NCBI GenBank assembly: GCA_044356215.1
Contig: JBIKWQ010000067.1
Coordinates: 1 to 18,641, forward strand
Source of the DNA: Bdellovibrionota bacterium
GTDB taxonomy: Bacteria; Bdellovibrionota_C; UBA2361; OMII01
DNA length: 18,641 bases
Direction: 5' to 3'
Both the position numbers and the translations under genes were made by a program. The first letter of the stretch is position 1. Each line of letters opens with the position of its first letter. Shown piece after piece: positions 1-8,000 of this stretch. The notes under the pieces were generated by a model that was given only the letters and a program-made list of their open reading frames with translations, did no database searches and was not told where the DNA came from.

Positions 1-27
1 TCCAAAGAGTCTGGGCAAGCGGGTTAG
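1..27 (+). CDS. Possible 3' end of a cassette ORF entering from the left (SKESGQAG*)
   Basis: Frame 1 is open from base 1 to TAG at 25-27, which overlaps the GTTCAAC box of the attC-like site, as is typical for cassette genes. Only 9 codons are visible. Confidence 0.3.
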   Translation, partial: SKESGQAG

Positions 28-123
28 TTCAACGTGCTGTTGAGCCGCAGATGGTGGAGTCTTTCCATCCGCTCGCTCACGCCGCAGTCGCCACCACCTG
101 CGGCTCAACACTATTCATTATCC
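27..123 (+). other. Degenerate attC-like recombination site (site 1)
   Basis: R'' GTTCAAC (27-33). 20-bp stem TGTTGAGCCGCAGATGGTGG (38-57) / CCACCACCTGCGGCTCAACA (91-110) with 1 mismatch. R' reads ATTATCC (117-123) instead of GTT..., and no clear extrahelical base is present. Confidence 0.55.
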
Positions 124-636
124 GTCTCTATCTTTGAAAAATCCGATTCGCCGCTTTGATGATTCGATTGGCTTTTCAAGTTCGGAGATTAGAAAGCGAA
201 TTTCCTGTAATTCATTTTCGTGATGCGCGAAACCTTGTGCCAAACGTCGCTCTACATCATAAAGACGCCTTTTTAAGTCTGCGTGCTCTGACATAATCGC
301 TCGCATTTTTATGAAAGTTCTTACCAGTAAAATGCTGGCGTCTATGGCAATCTGACTATTCAAGACAGTAGCGGCCATCACAGCTCCGTGTTCGGTAAAT
401 GCATAGGGGTTAGTTCTTCGCATGTTCCATTTTGCGGTCGCAATTTGCGACCGCAAAATGCTAAACTCCTGATCTTCCAATTGAAACATGAAGTCTTCTG
501 GGAACCTTCTTCTATTCCGTTTTACTTGCTCATTAAGTCGCTTTGGCGAGACCCCATATAGAAGCGCGAGATCAAGATCTAATATAACGCGGAATCCGCG
601 AAGGTTAACAATGACGGTGTCCAAGTCTAGCGGCAT
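118..636 (-). CDS. ORF6N domain DNA-binding protein (phage antirepressor-like) with C-terminal coiled coil
   Basis: Motifs RGxRVILDxDLAxLYGV..KRLNEQVKRNxxRFPEDFMFQL, PYAFTEHGAVMAATVLNS and terminal RRIGF. GGAGG (648-644) lies 7 nt before the ATG at 636, favouring it over the track start at 672. Confidence 0.9.
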   Translation of the reverse strand: MPLDLDTVIVNLRGFRVILDLDLALLYGVSPKRLNEQVKRNRRRFPEDFMFQLEDQEFSILRSQIATAKWNMRRTNPYAFTEHGAVMAATVLNSQIAIDASILLVRTFIKMRAIMSEHADLKRRLYDVERRLAQGFAHHENELQEIRFLISELEKPIESSKRRIGFFKDRDG

Positions 637-794
637 AGGCAATCCTCCACTATATAAATCGAAATTTTTCAAAAAAGTTGCCTGTGGCGGCTCCGAGAGT
701 ACCTCTGCGTACCCCTGCGGATAAAAATACGATCCCTAATATATCGATGAATTTAAATAAAAGTTGCCTACCTCAGCTGTGGTGATAGATTGAT

Positions 795-850
795 GGATAA
801 CAAATCAGCCCACTAGAGCCTGAACGCTCTAGTGGCTTTGAACGTTCTCT
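795..850 (+). other. attC-like recombination site (site 2), near-canonical, 56 bp
   Basis: GGATAAC-AAATC-AGCC[C]ACTAGAGC-CTGAAC-GCTCTAGTGGCT-TTGAAC-GTTCTCT. It shows AAC/GTT cores, 5- and 6-nt spacers, and a perfect 12-bp stem with one extrahelical base (G on the bottom strand). Confidence 0.8.
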
Positions 851-920
851 CAGCAACCACACTTAGAGGTCAAATGAAAACAATAGCAATCTGTGGCTCC
901 ATGGATTTTTTCGCGGAAAT
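846..920 (+). repeat. 75-bp exact direct repeat, copy 1 (leader, RBS and first ~15 codons of the NDT-like gene)
   Basis: TCTCTCAGCAACC...TTCGCGGAAAT is identical to 2001-2075. Confidence 0.97.
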
Positions 921-1302
921 GGTCTCGCTTCAAGACACTCTTGAGGCCGCGGGTTTGCAGGTAAGTATTCCTGCCGCAGAGGAGGTAAAGGTTGACTACT
1001 CCGCTACCTGCGACAAGGATCTAGCGAGGATAAAGAAGCAATTTATCGACGAGCACCTCGCGAAGATACGGGTAGCTGACGCGGTTCTCCTCGCTAACTT
1101 CACCAAAAGAGGAATTGTTGGGTACATCGGCGCAAACACCTTGATGGAAGCGGCTTTCGGATATGCTCTTGGAAAGCCTATCTTTGTACTCAACTCATTA
1201 GGGGATCAGCCGTGTCGCCCAGAAGTACTTGGAATGCAGCCCACTTTTTTACACGGCGAGCTAAAAGATTTAATAACTAGTCAGCTAATTATGCGGCAAT
1301 AA
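874..1302 (+). CDS. Hypothetical protein, nucleoside 2-deoxyribosyltransferase-like (Rossmannoid) fold
   Basis: GAGGT (866-870) precedes ATG 874. Motifs IAICGSM, HLxKIxxADAVLLAN and GYIGANTLMExxFGYALGKPIFVLN, with a Glu at the usual NDT nucleophile position. Confidence 0.65.
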   Translation: MKTIAICGSMDFFAEMVSLQDTLEAAGLQVSIPAAEEVKVDYSATCDKDLARIKKQFIDEHLAKIRVADAVLLANFTKRGIVGYIGANTLMEAAFGYALGKPIFVLNSLGDQPCRPEVLGMQPTFLHGELKDLITSQLIMRQ

Positions 1303-1354
1303 CTACTCACCAAAAAACAGCCTCCCGCGACTAGGGAGTGGCAAGAAAGAAAAG
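1300..1354. repeat. Short dispersed hairpin repeat, copy 1 (terminator-like on the - strand)
   Basis: TAACTACTCACCA-AAAAAC..CTCCC-GCGACTA-GGGAG-TG plus an A-rich tail; similar to 11221-11270. Confidence 0.65.
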
Positions 1355-1358
1355 GAAC

Positions 1359-1387
1359 TTGCATTTTGTATATGACTATAATATACT
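1359..1387 (+). promoter_or_regulatory. Sigma70-type promoter with operator palindrome for brnTA
   Basis: TTGCAT-17 nt-TATACT, then 6 nt to ATG 1394. Inverted repeat GTATAT-N7-ATATAC (1368-1386) overlaps it. Confidence 0.7.
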
Positions 1388-1393
1388 AGCGAT

Positions 1394-1690
1394 ATGGACT
1401 CAAAGAAATTGCTGGGTGTCACCGGGTTTCAATGGGACCAAGGGAACCTTGAGAAGAACTGGCTAAAGCACGGCGTCTCGCCCCTTGAGTGCGAGCAGGT
1501 GTTTTTCAATCAGCCTCTCGTGGTGGCGCCCGATCTGAAGCACTCTCAGGATGAGGAGAGGTTTTTCGCTTTGGGTCGCACTGATACTGACCGTTGCCTA
1601 TTTGTGGTGTTTACAGTTCGGCGAAGGAAGCTGCGTGTCATATCGGCGCGGGACATGAGCAGGAAGGAGCGAGTGATTTATGGCGCGTAA
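1394..1690 (+). CDS. brnT: BrnT-family toxin (type II TA ribonuclease)
   Basis: FQWDxGNxEKNxxKHGVS, HSxxEERFFALG and LRVISARDMSRKER motifs; overlaps the downstream antitoxin. Confidence 0.92.
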   Translation: MDSKKLLGVTGFQWDQGNLEKNWLKHGVSPLECEQVFFNQPLVVAPDLKHSQDEERFFALGRTDTDRCLFVVFTVRRRKLRVISARDMSRKERVIYGA

Positions 1691-1991
1691 GTTGATACCG
1701 ACGTTTACATCAGAAGCCGAAGAACAAGACTTTTGGCAGAAGCACGACTCCACAGATTACATAGATTGGTCAAAGGGTAGGATTGGAGTATTCCCGGAGC
1801 TCAAGTCCTCGACTAAGACCATCTCATTGCGATTACCGGAATCTCTCTTGGCCGCGATAAAAACGCTAGCCAATAAAAAGGACGTCCCATATCAATCGCT
1901 CATGAAGGTTTTTCTTTCGGAGAAATTACAGGACGAGCTGGATAGCTCAGATAACAAAAGAATTCAGAGCTCCACCCGGAGTGGGCGCTGA
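1680..1991 (+). CDS. brnA: BrnA/CopG-like antitoxin (C-terminal ribbon-helix-helix)
   Basis: IPxFxSEAEExxFWxxHDSTDY and TKTISLRLP...KxLAxKKDVPYQSL motifs. Its stop codon falls inside attC-like site 3. Confidence 0.88.
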   Translation: MARKLIPTFTSEAEEQDFWQKHDSTDYIDWSKGRIGVFPELKSSTKTISLRLPESLLAAIKTLANKKDVPYQSLMKVFLSEKLQDELDSSDNKRIQSSTRSGR

Positions 1992-2005
1992 TTGCCGCGC
2001 TCTCT
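1949..2005 (+). other. attC-like recombination site (site 3) with mutated R' (GCT)
   Basis: AGATAAC-AAAAG-AAT[T]CAGAGC[T]CCAC-CCGGA-GTGGGCGCTGATT-GCCGC-GCTCTCT. Stem with two unpaired bases and one mismatch. Confidence 0.7.
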
Positions 2006-2075
2006 CAGCAACCACACTTAGAGGTCAAATGAAAACAATAGCAATCTGTGGCTCCATGGATTTTTTCGCGGAAAT
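2001..2075 (+). repeat. 75-bp exact direct repeat, copy 2 (truncated second copy of the NDT-like cassette)
   Basis: Identical to 846-920; identity stops abruptly after GGAAAT. Confidence 0.97.
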
Positions 2076-2093
2076 AGCCTTGCCCACCTAGCT

Positions 2094-2390
2094 CTATGCC
2101 TGACGCCTGACTTCGCGTTCGATAGTCGCGCCGTTATTGATTCGCGCTGAGTCTAGATCGTAGTCCATTTGGATTCCCAACCAGAAGTCAGCTGAGTTGC
2201 CAAAATAGGCAGACAGCCGCAAAGCGGTGTCAGCGGATATCCCGCGCTTTCCTAGAACAATTTCGTTAATCCGCCGAGCGGGGACGCCTAGGGCCAGCGC
2301 AAGGCGATTCTGGCTGAGGCCCATAGGTTTAAGAAACTCCTCGCTGAGAACTTCTCCCGGGTGAATAGGCAACAATTTAACTTTTCTCAT
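2094..2390 (-). CDS. higA: HigA-family antitoxin (HTH)
   Basis: HPGEVLxEEFLKP..SQNRLA..RRINEIV.GKRGISADTALRL...FWLGIQ motif; downstream of higB. Confidence 0.95.
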   Translation of the reverse strand: MRKVKLLPIHPGEVLSEEFLKPMGLSQNRLALALGVPARRINEIVLGKRGISADTALRLSAYFGNSADFWLGIQMDYDLDSARINNGATIEREVRRQA

Positions 2391-2402
2391 AAAGTATACT
2401 CA

Positions 2403-2684
2403 CTAATGGTAATCAACTACCTCTACCATATACGCATGCCCATCATGCCATTCAAAACAGATCCTCCATTGATCGTTAACCCTAATACTCCACTGTCCAC
2501 TTCTACTCCCCGACAACTTTTCTAGCCGATTAGCTGGAGGAATTCTCAAATCGGAGATGTTGGTTGAGCGATGTAACATCCTCAGCTTCCTCAAAGCGAC
2601 TTGCTGGATACTGGGAGGAAACTTCTTTGAGATCTCTAGGCTAAAGATTCTCTCAGTTTCTTTACATTTAAAACTTTTAATCAC
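2403..2684 (-). CDS. higB: HigB-family toxin (RelE/ParE superfamily, plasmid-maintenance killer type)
   Basis: VIKSFKCKET...DLRIPPANRLEKL.G...GQWSIRVNDQWRICF..VEVVDYH. The real start is probably GTG 2684 (93 aa), not 2864. Confidence 0.93.
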   Translation of the reverse strand: MIKSFKCKETERIFSLEISKKFPPSIQQVALRKLRMLHRSTNISDLRIPPANRLEKLSGSRSGQWSIRVNDQWRICFEWHDGHAYMVEVVDYH

Positions 2685-2690
2685 TCTACT

Positions 2691-2727
2691 ATGGTATACC
2701 GCTTTGCGTTTAACGGCAAGCGTTAAA
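2691..2727 (-). promoter_or_regulatory. higBA promoter and operator
   Basis: TTGCCG (2719-2714)-17 nt-TACCAT (2696-2691), then 6 nt to GTG. Palindrome TTTAACG-GCAAG-CGTTAAA (2709-2727) covers the -35. Confidence 0.75.
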
Positions 2728-2842
2728 TTTAATCCAAACTGGGCAAAACGATTCGGTCGAAAAGATGTCGCGCTTGAGCTAATTCTAGGCACAGCCCATG
2801 GTGCGGCACTTTTCACCAAAATGTTCTTTCGGTTGCAACACT

Positions 2843-2873
2843 TAGGGCAGCGAGACGAAATCACGCTGCCCTA
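2843..2873. terminator. GC-rich hairpin downstream of the membrane-protein gene, possible terminator
   Basis: TAGGGCAGCG / CGCTGCCCTA 10-bp perfect stem; no strong U-tract. Confidence 0.4.
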
Positions 2874-2899
2874 GATTCCCCAAGCATGTTTTTTAACGC

Positions 2900-5059
2900 T
2901 CACCCCTCTCCGGCATCGCAAATAACCTCTGCCTCGCACCTCGAGAACTTAAGCTCGATAATATGAGGCGACGCTCTAGATAGTGTAGCCGGGGGTATTA
3001 AACTAATCGTTTGCTTATTCTTCACGGTGTATTCGCTCTTCTGTAGAGCTACCCGATCCCCTTCGCCACTCTTTCCAAGAGAGCTCGCTGTAACGAGACA
3101 CTCTTGGTTATTGATAGGTGAGATCTCGATCCGCGCGGTGGTATCGCGAGGCGCAAAAAATAACGGTAGTGATCCATCCTTTGAGATAATTTTTGGCCTG
3201 GTTAGATTTAATAAATAGCTGCCATCATCGAAGCGCTTAGTAGAGCTAAAAGCAGATGAGGTGTCGTTTATTCTTCTAGTAAAATCATCCTCGTTCCATT
3301 CGGTGTAAAAGCTCGGTACTACAACTATTTTATTAAGCCCGCATATACGCGCCGCGTAATCAAGGGAGACCTGATCGGGGAAGCCTTGGGTTGCGCGTGG
3401 TAGTTGCGTTAAGATCTTTGAGCGCTGTCCGCTATAGCCGTTTACAAGCTTTAAATCTTTAGCATTCAGTGACGATTCCCAGTTAGCGTAGCGACTATTT
3501 AAAATAGCTACGCCAGACCAGCTATCGCTCTTTGTTGAGGTTGTGCTTGGCGCAAATGGTAGAACTAACGTAGCTCCGCTACCAAGCGCCTCCGAGCCTG
3601 ACTTTAGCGCCATAAAAGCTTGCGCTGGTGGCGGCGGGGTATCAAGTGGAATAGTAGTCACTAAATTATCGACGGCACCTATAATAAGTAGCGCTACTGA
3701 GGCGCCAAAATAAGATCTATTCGCTGAACGTTTCGATACAAATCTCTGAACTCCAAAAGCCGCCGCTATTAGTGAGGCTAATATCACAACGCTGCCGTAT
3801 CGACCGACCGCGCGTACCGCTGCGAGACCAGGCACACGGTGATAGAGTAACCCTAGAGGTGAGAATACCGGTTCATTCTTACTTGGATTGCCACCTGGAC
3901 CAAAAGAGAAGATCCAAAAAAAAGTGGCGATAATCACTAGGCAAGCAAGCGCTGAACGGTCTCGTGCTGTGTATGCCAAAGTTCCGATTAAAACCACCCA
4001 AGCGCTTACACAAAGGATCTCCTCAGAGCGTGAACCTTGGTCGACGATACTAGAGGCAACAAGAAGCGATCCGGCGGCGAGAGACACAGGGATAGCCAAC
4101 ACGGGTGATGTTCGCCAACACGAACTTAATATAGTTAGAATGGCCAACATGGATATAGCGTACCCAGGTGATAGATATGCCTCGCTGTGAGAGAGCCGCG
4201 ATGTAAATGAGAAGAGATCGTGTAGGGGTGTGAAAGAGATGTAAGATAGGCCGTTAGCGGCGAAGTACGCTGCTTCATGAAAGCCCCGCTCACCAAAGAG
4301 CTGCTGGACAGAGAGAAAGTAGGGGAGGGCATAAAATATAGGTAGGGCACCGCATACTGCGAAGAGGATCGTGCGTAGAGCTCTGCGTGATGAGAATCGC
4401 CCGTAGATCAGTTGATGAAACCAGATGATAGCGAGCCCTATTACTGAGAATATCGCGTAGTAGACGCTAGTGTAGAAAGCTCCTGAGACTAAGAGTCCAG
4501 CGGCAAACCAGCTGCGCGAGGTAGCGCGCTCATTTATTTTAGGAGAGAGAACCCGCCACCAAGCAAGCGGGATCCAGAAGAAGAACAAAAGCTGTGGGTG
4601 GCCGAGATTACCTAAGATATAACTTGAGTTAGCGAAGAGGATTCCAACTACAGAGGCTAAAGCTGGCGCTAAGCCAACTCGGCGCGCCAGGAGCGAAACT
4701 GCCACGGCGTTACTGCTAAAAGCCAACAAGACGATAGTGTTGTAGCTCTGAGTTAGGGTGAGCCCAACTTTAGTGAATAAGAGAGCCGCCGCGGGTGGTA
4801 GAAAAAACGGATCGCTCCAAGCCCTAGTTATCGGGTATGGATAGAGAGTATTGGTTTCGAAGGAGAGTGCATTTAGAGGATCGTTAAAGAAGCTCTGTGT
4901 CAGCCACACATAGAGCCCCGCATCTCCAGCCGCACCACCGATAAAGTGGGTGGAGAAGTGCTCTATGACGCTTGGGTGGAGGGCAATAAATAGAGCTACC
5001 GCGAGTATGCCAGTAAGTAGTGAGCGCAGGCGCTCTGATGAGCTTTCATTCGGGGCCAT
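2900..5059 (-). CDS. Polytopic membrane protein, probable GT-C-fold glycosyltransferase (YfhO-like)
   Basis: More than 10 hydrophobic segments, GD in the first loop, LYPYPxTxAWSD, GHPQL, VPGLxxVRAVGRY and LVNGYSG, plus a soluble C-terminal domain. 12 nt downstream of uvrA on the same strand. Confidence 0.6.
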   Translation of the reverse strand: MAPNESSSERLRSLLTGILAVALFIALHPSVIEHFSTHFIGGAAGDAGLYVWLTQSFFNDPLNALSFETNTLYPYPITRAWSDPFFLPPAAALLFTKVGLTLTQSYNTIVLLAFSSNAVAVSLLARRVGLAPALASVVGILFANSSYILGNLGHPQLLFFFWIPLAWWRVLSPKINERATSRSWFAAGLLVSGAFYTSVYYAIFSVIGLAIIWFHQLIYGRFSSRRALRTILFAVCGALPIFYALPYFLSVQQLFGERGFHEAAYFAANGLSYISFTPLHDLFSFTSRLSHSEAYLSPGYAISMLAILTILSSCWRTSPVLAIPVSLAAGSLLVASSIVDQGSRSEEILCVSAWVVLIGTLAYTARDRSALACLVIIATFFWIFSFGPGGNPSKNEPVFSPLGLLYHRVPGLAAVRAVGRYGSVVILASLIAAAFGVQRFVSKRSANRSYFGASVALLIIGAVDNLVTTIPLDTPPPPAQAFMALKSGSEALGSGATLVLPFAPSTTSTKSDSWSGVAILNSRYANWESSLNAKDLKLVNGYSGQRSKILTQLPRATQGFPDQVSLDYAARICGLNKIVVVPSFYTEWNEDDFTRRINDTSSAFSSTKRFDDGSYLLNLTRPKIISKDGSLPLFFAPRDTTARIEISPINNQECLVTASSLGKSGEGDRVALQKSEYTVKNKQTISLIPPATLSRASPHIIELKFSRCEAEVICDAGEG

Positions 5060-5071
5060 ATAAGATTGATA

Positions 5072-8000
5072 TTAAATCTCACAGGGGGTTATGGCTAGCG
5101 GGGCGGTTAATATATTCGTGACTCTTCGCATCCCAGCATGCAGCTCCACCCTCTCTCTTAACGCCGCGCCCCATGGGGTCTTTTTCTCGATTAGCTTAGC
5201 AGGAGCTCCAGAGTAGATTATCTCTCCTCCAGCGACTCCGGGTCCGGGCCCTAGTTCGATCACCCAATCTGATTGAGTTATCGTGTCTGCGTCGTGCTCG
5301 ATAACGATGACTGAGTTGCCAGCGGCCACTAGTCCGTGTAGGGCCTTCAATAATAGCGCCACATCAGCTCTGTGTAGCCCAGTTGTTGGTTCATCTAAGA
5401 CGTAAAGTGTGTGACCACGACGAGCCATGTGAAGCTCAGACGCTAACTTTAGGCGCTGGCTCTCACCACCTGAAAGGGTTGATGAGTGTTGCCCTAAAGT
5501 GAGGTATCCAAGCCCAAGATCGCAGGCGATCGAGCAGATCTGATGAATAGACCTGTGGTTTATAAAGATAACCCGCGCCTCCTCAAAGGTTAGTTTTAAA
5601 ACTTGGCTGATTGATAGATCGCGGTAACGTATCGAGTCGGCCTCAAAGGTAAAGCGCGTTCCAGAGCAGGTCTCACACGGAACTTTTGCCTCCGCTAAAA
5701 AGCTCATCTCTAAGGTTAGCTCGCCGTTTCCTTTGCACGCTGGGCATCTGCCTTTACCGGTGTTGTGAGAGAAGAAGCTTGGACCCCAGCCGCGAGACTT
5801 CGCCTCGAGAGTTGAGGCGAATATCGCTCTTACATCATCCCAGATCCCTAAGTAGCTAGCTGGTGTGGAGCGTGAGGTCTTGCCGATCGGTTGTTGGTCA
5901 ACAACGAGGAGTCGATCTACCTTAATATCAGAGCTGATCTGCCCGGTTTGGCTCGTTACCTTTGCACCGTCATCGATCCCTCCAGAGAGTGATTCAACAA
6001 CGATACCGTTTACCAGCGAGCTCTTACCAGCGCCTGATACGCCAACAACTGTAACTAGATTCTTAAGCGGTATCTCGCACGAGAGATTTTTTAAATTATT
6101 CTTAGTGGCGTTCTTCACCGATAGAAGCGGAGACTTGGTCTTCACCGCCTCTTTAAAGATTAACGGCTCTGAGAGCGCTCTCCCTGTAGCCGATCTCGAG
6201 TCCGCTTTAATCTGAGAGACGGTTCCCTGAAAAACGATCTCTCCACCGTGCGTCCCCGCGCCTGGGCCAACATCGATCACCTGATCTGAGGCTAATATGT
6301 TATCGATCTCGTGTTCGATCTGGATCACTGTATTTCCGCGATCGCGTAATCCGGTCAGGGTGCCGAGAAGCCGCCTGTTATCAGCCGGATGTAGACCAGC
6401 GCTCGGCTCGTCAAAGATATAGGTTACGCCGGTAAGAGGAGAGCCTATCGCCGTAGCTAGTCTTAGCCGCTGCAGCTCTCCATTTGAGAGCGACGCGCAC
6501 TCCCTTTTAAGCTCTAGGTGATCAAGCCCCAAGGCGCTAAGTGTTTTTAATTTACCTTCTAGCTCGCGCAGAATCGGGCGGGCGATCTCAACCGCGCTCT
6601 TATTAGTTGCCAGAGGCTCTAATTGTTTTAAGAGATTGCGTGGTGTGCTCGACGCCATCTGGTCGATACTTAGATCAAATAATTTGATATTGCGGCCGAT
6701 CTCGTGAAGACGGCTACCGCCGCACTCTGTGCACTGTTTGTCGTTCTTTAACACCCCGTACCCATCGCACTTTGGGCACCTGCCACGCTTAGAGTTAAAG
6801 GAGAGATCTTCAGGGTCTGGTTTAAAGAATCCGCGCTGACATATCTGACACGTTCGTTGTGAGCTAAATACTCGGTCTGTGCCTCCATCATGAACGATCA
6901 CCGTTCCGCCCCCGATTGCTAAAGCCTGCTTGACCCCATCGACTAAGAGATCCACAGAGAGGTTCTTAACATTGCAACGAGCCGTCACGAATTCAATCGT
7001 GTGAGCTTTAGTTTTAGCCAAGCCCTCATCTACAAAGCGGCCAGGCGCGGAAAAGATGCCATCAACACGGGTCTCTGAGATCTCAGTTTCAAGAGCTCGT
7101 TGAAAAACAGATCGGTGATTGCCCTTCTTCTGTTTAATCACCGGAGCGAGTAGGCGTATTGAGCCCTTGTAATTCTCCTTAATAAAGGTGGCTATCTGCT
7201 CGGCAGAGAGCGGCGAAACAGATTGGTCTGGATGATCAGGGCAGTATTGAACACCAACCTTGGCATAGAGTAGGCGCAGAAAGTTGTAGACCTCACTCAT
7301 CGTCGCTACTGTAGAGAGCGCGGATGGTTGAAATGTGTGTTGATAAACGCAGATAGTCGGCTGTATTCCGCGGATATCATCGATAGCCGGCTTCTTTAAC
7401 TCTTTAATAAACTGCCGCGCGTAGGGTGAGAGGCAATCGAGGTATCTACGTTGTCCCTCGGCATAGATTATATCTTTGGCGATAGTGGATTTACCTGAGC
7501 CTGAGACACCTGTCACAGTAATCAGCTCGCCTAGCGGAATATCGAGCGAGATATCTTTTAGGTTGTGTTCTTTGGCGCCGCGGATCTGAATATGGGTTAG
7601 CTCCGCCGCCGGCTCAGCTTTGGCGTTGCCTCTCTTAGCGCGTTTAGTTTTAGCTGACCGCTCTTCTTTTAAAGCGCCGACGCTAAGCGCTAGGAATTTA
7701 GCTGTTAGGCTCTCTGGGTTGGTGCCGCTTATAGCGCGCTTTACAAGATCGTTAGGTGTTCCCTGTTCTACCAGCCTTCCGCCCTTGTCACCACCTTGGG
7801 GTCCGAGATCGATCACCCAATCAGCCGCGGCTATCAGATTTAAATTGTGCTCAACGCACAGAATTGAATGACCCTGATCGCGCAGGAAATAAAATAGCTC
7901 TATTAATCGCTCAACATCGCGCATATGTAAGCCGGTTGTCGGCTCATCAAAGAGAAATAGAGACACGCTCTTACTCCCATCAACTATGTGCGGCACAAGC

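Noticed and set aside
832..873. GTG start at 832 for the NDT-like gene
   Set aside because: It lies within attC-like site 2. ATG 874 has an RBS and matches the expected domain start.
2685..2864. N-terminal extension of HigB in the ORF track, and the opposite-strand ORF 2557-2874
   Set aside because: HigB similarity starts at GTG 2684, and the extension contains the promoter and operator.
2836..2876. Hairpin as a fourth attC closing a higBA cassette
   Set aside because: Too short, with wrong spacer geometry and no GTT core; kept only as a possible terminator.
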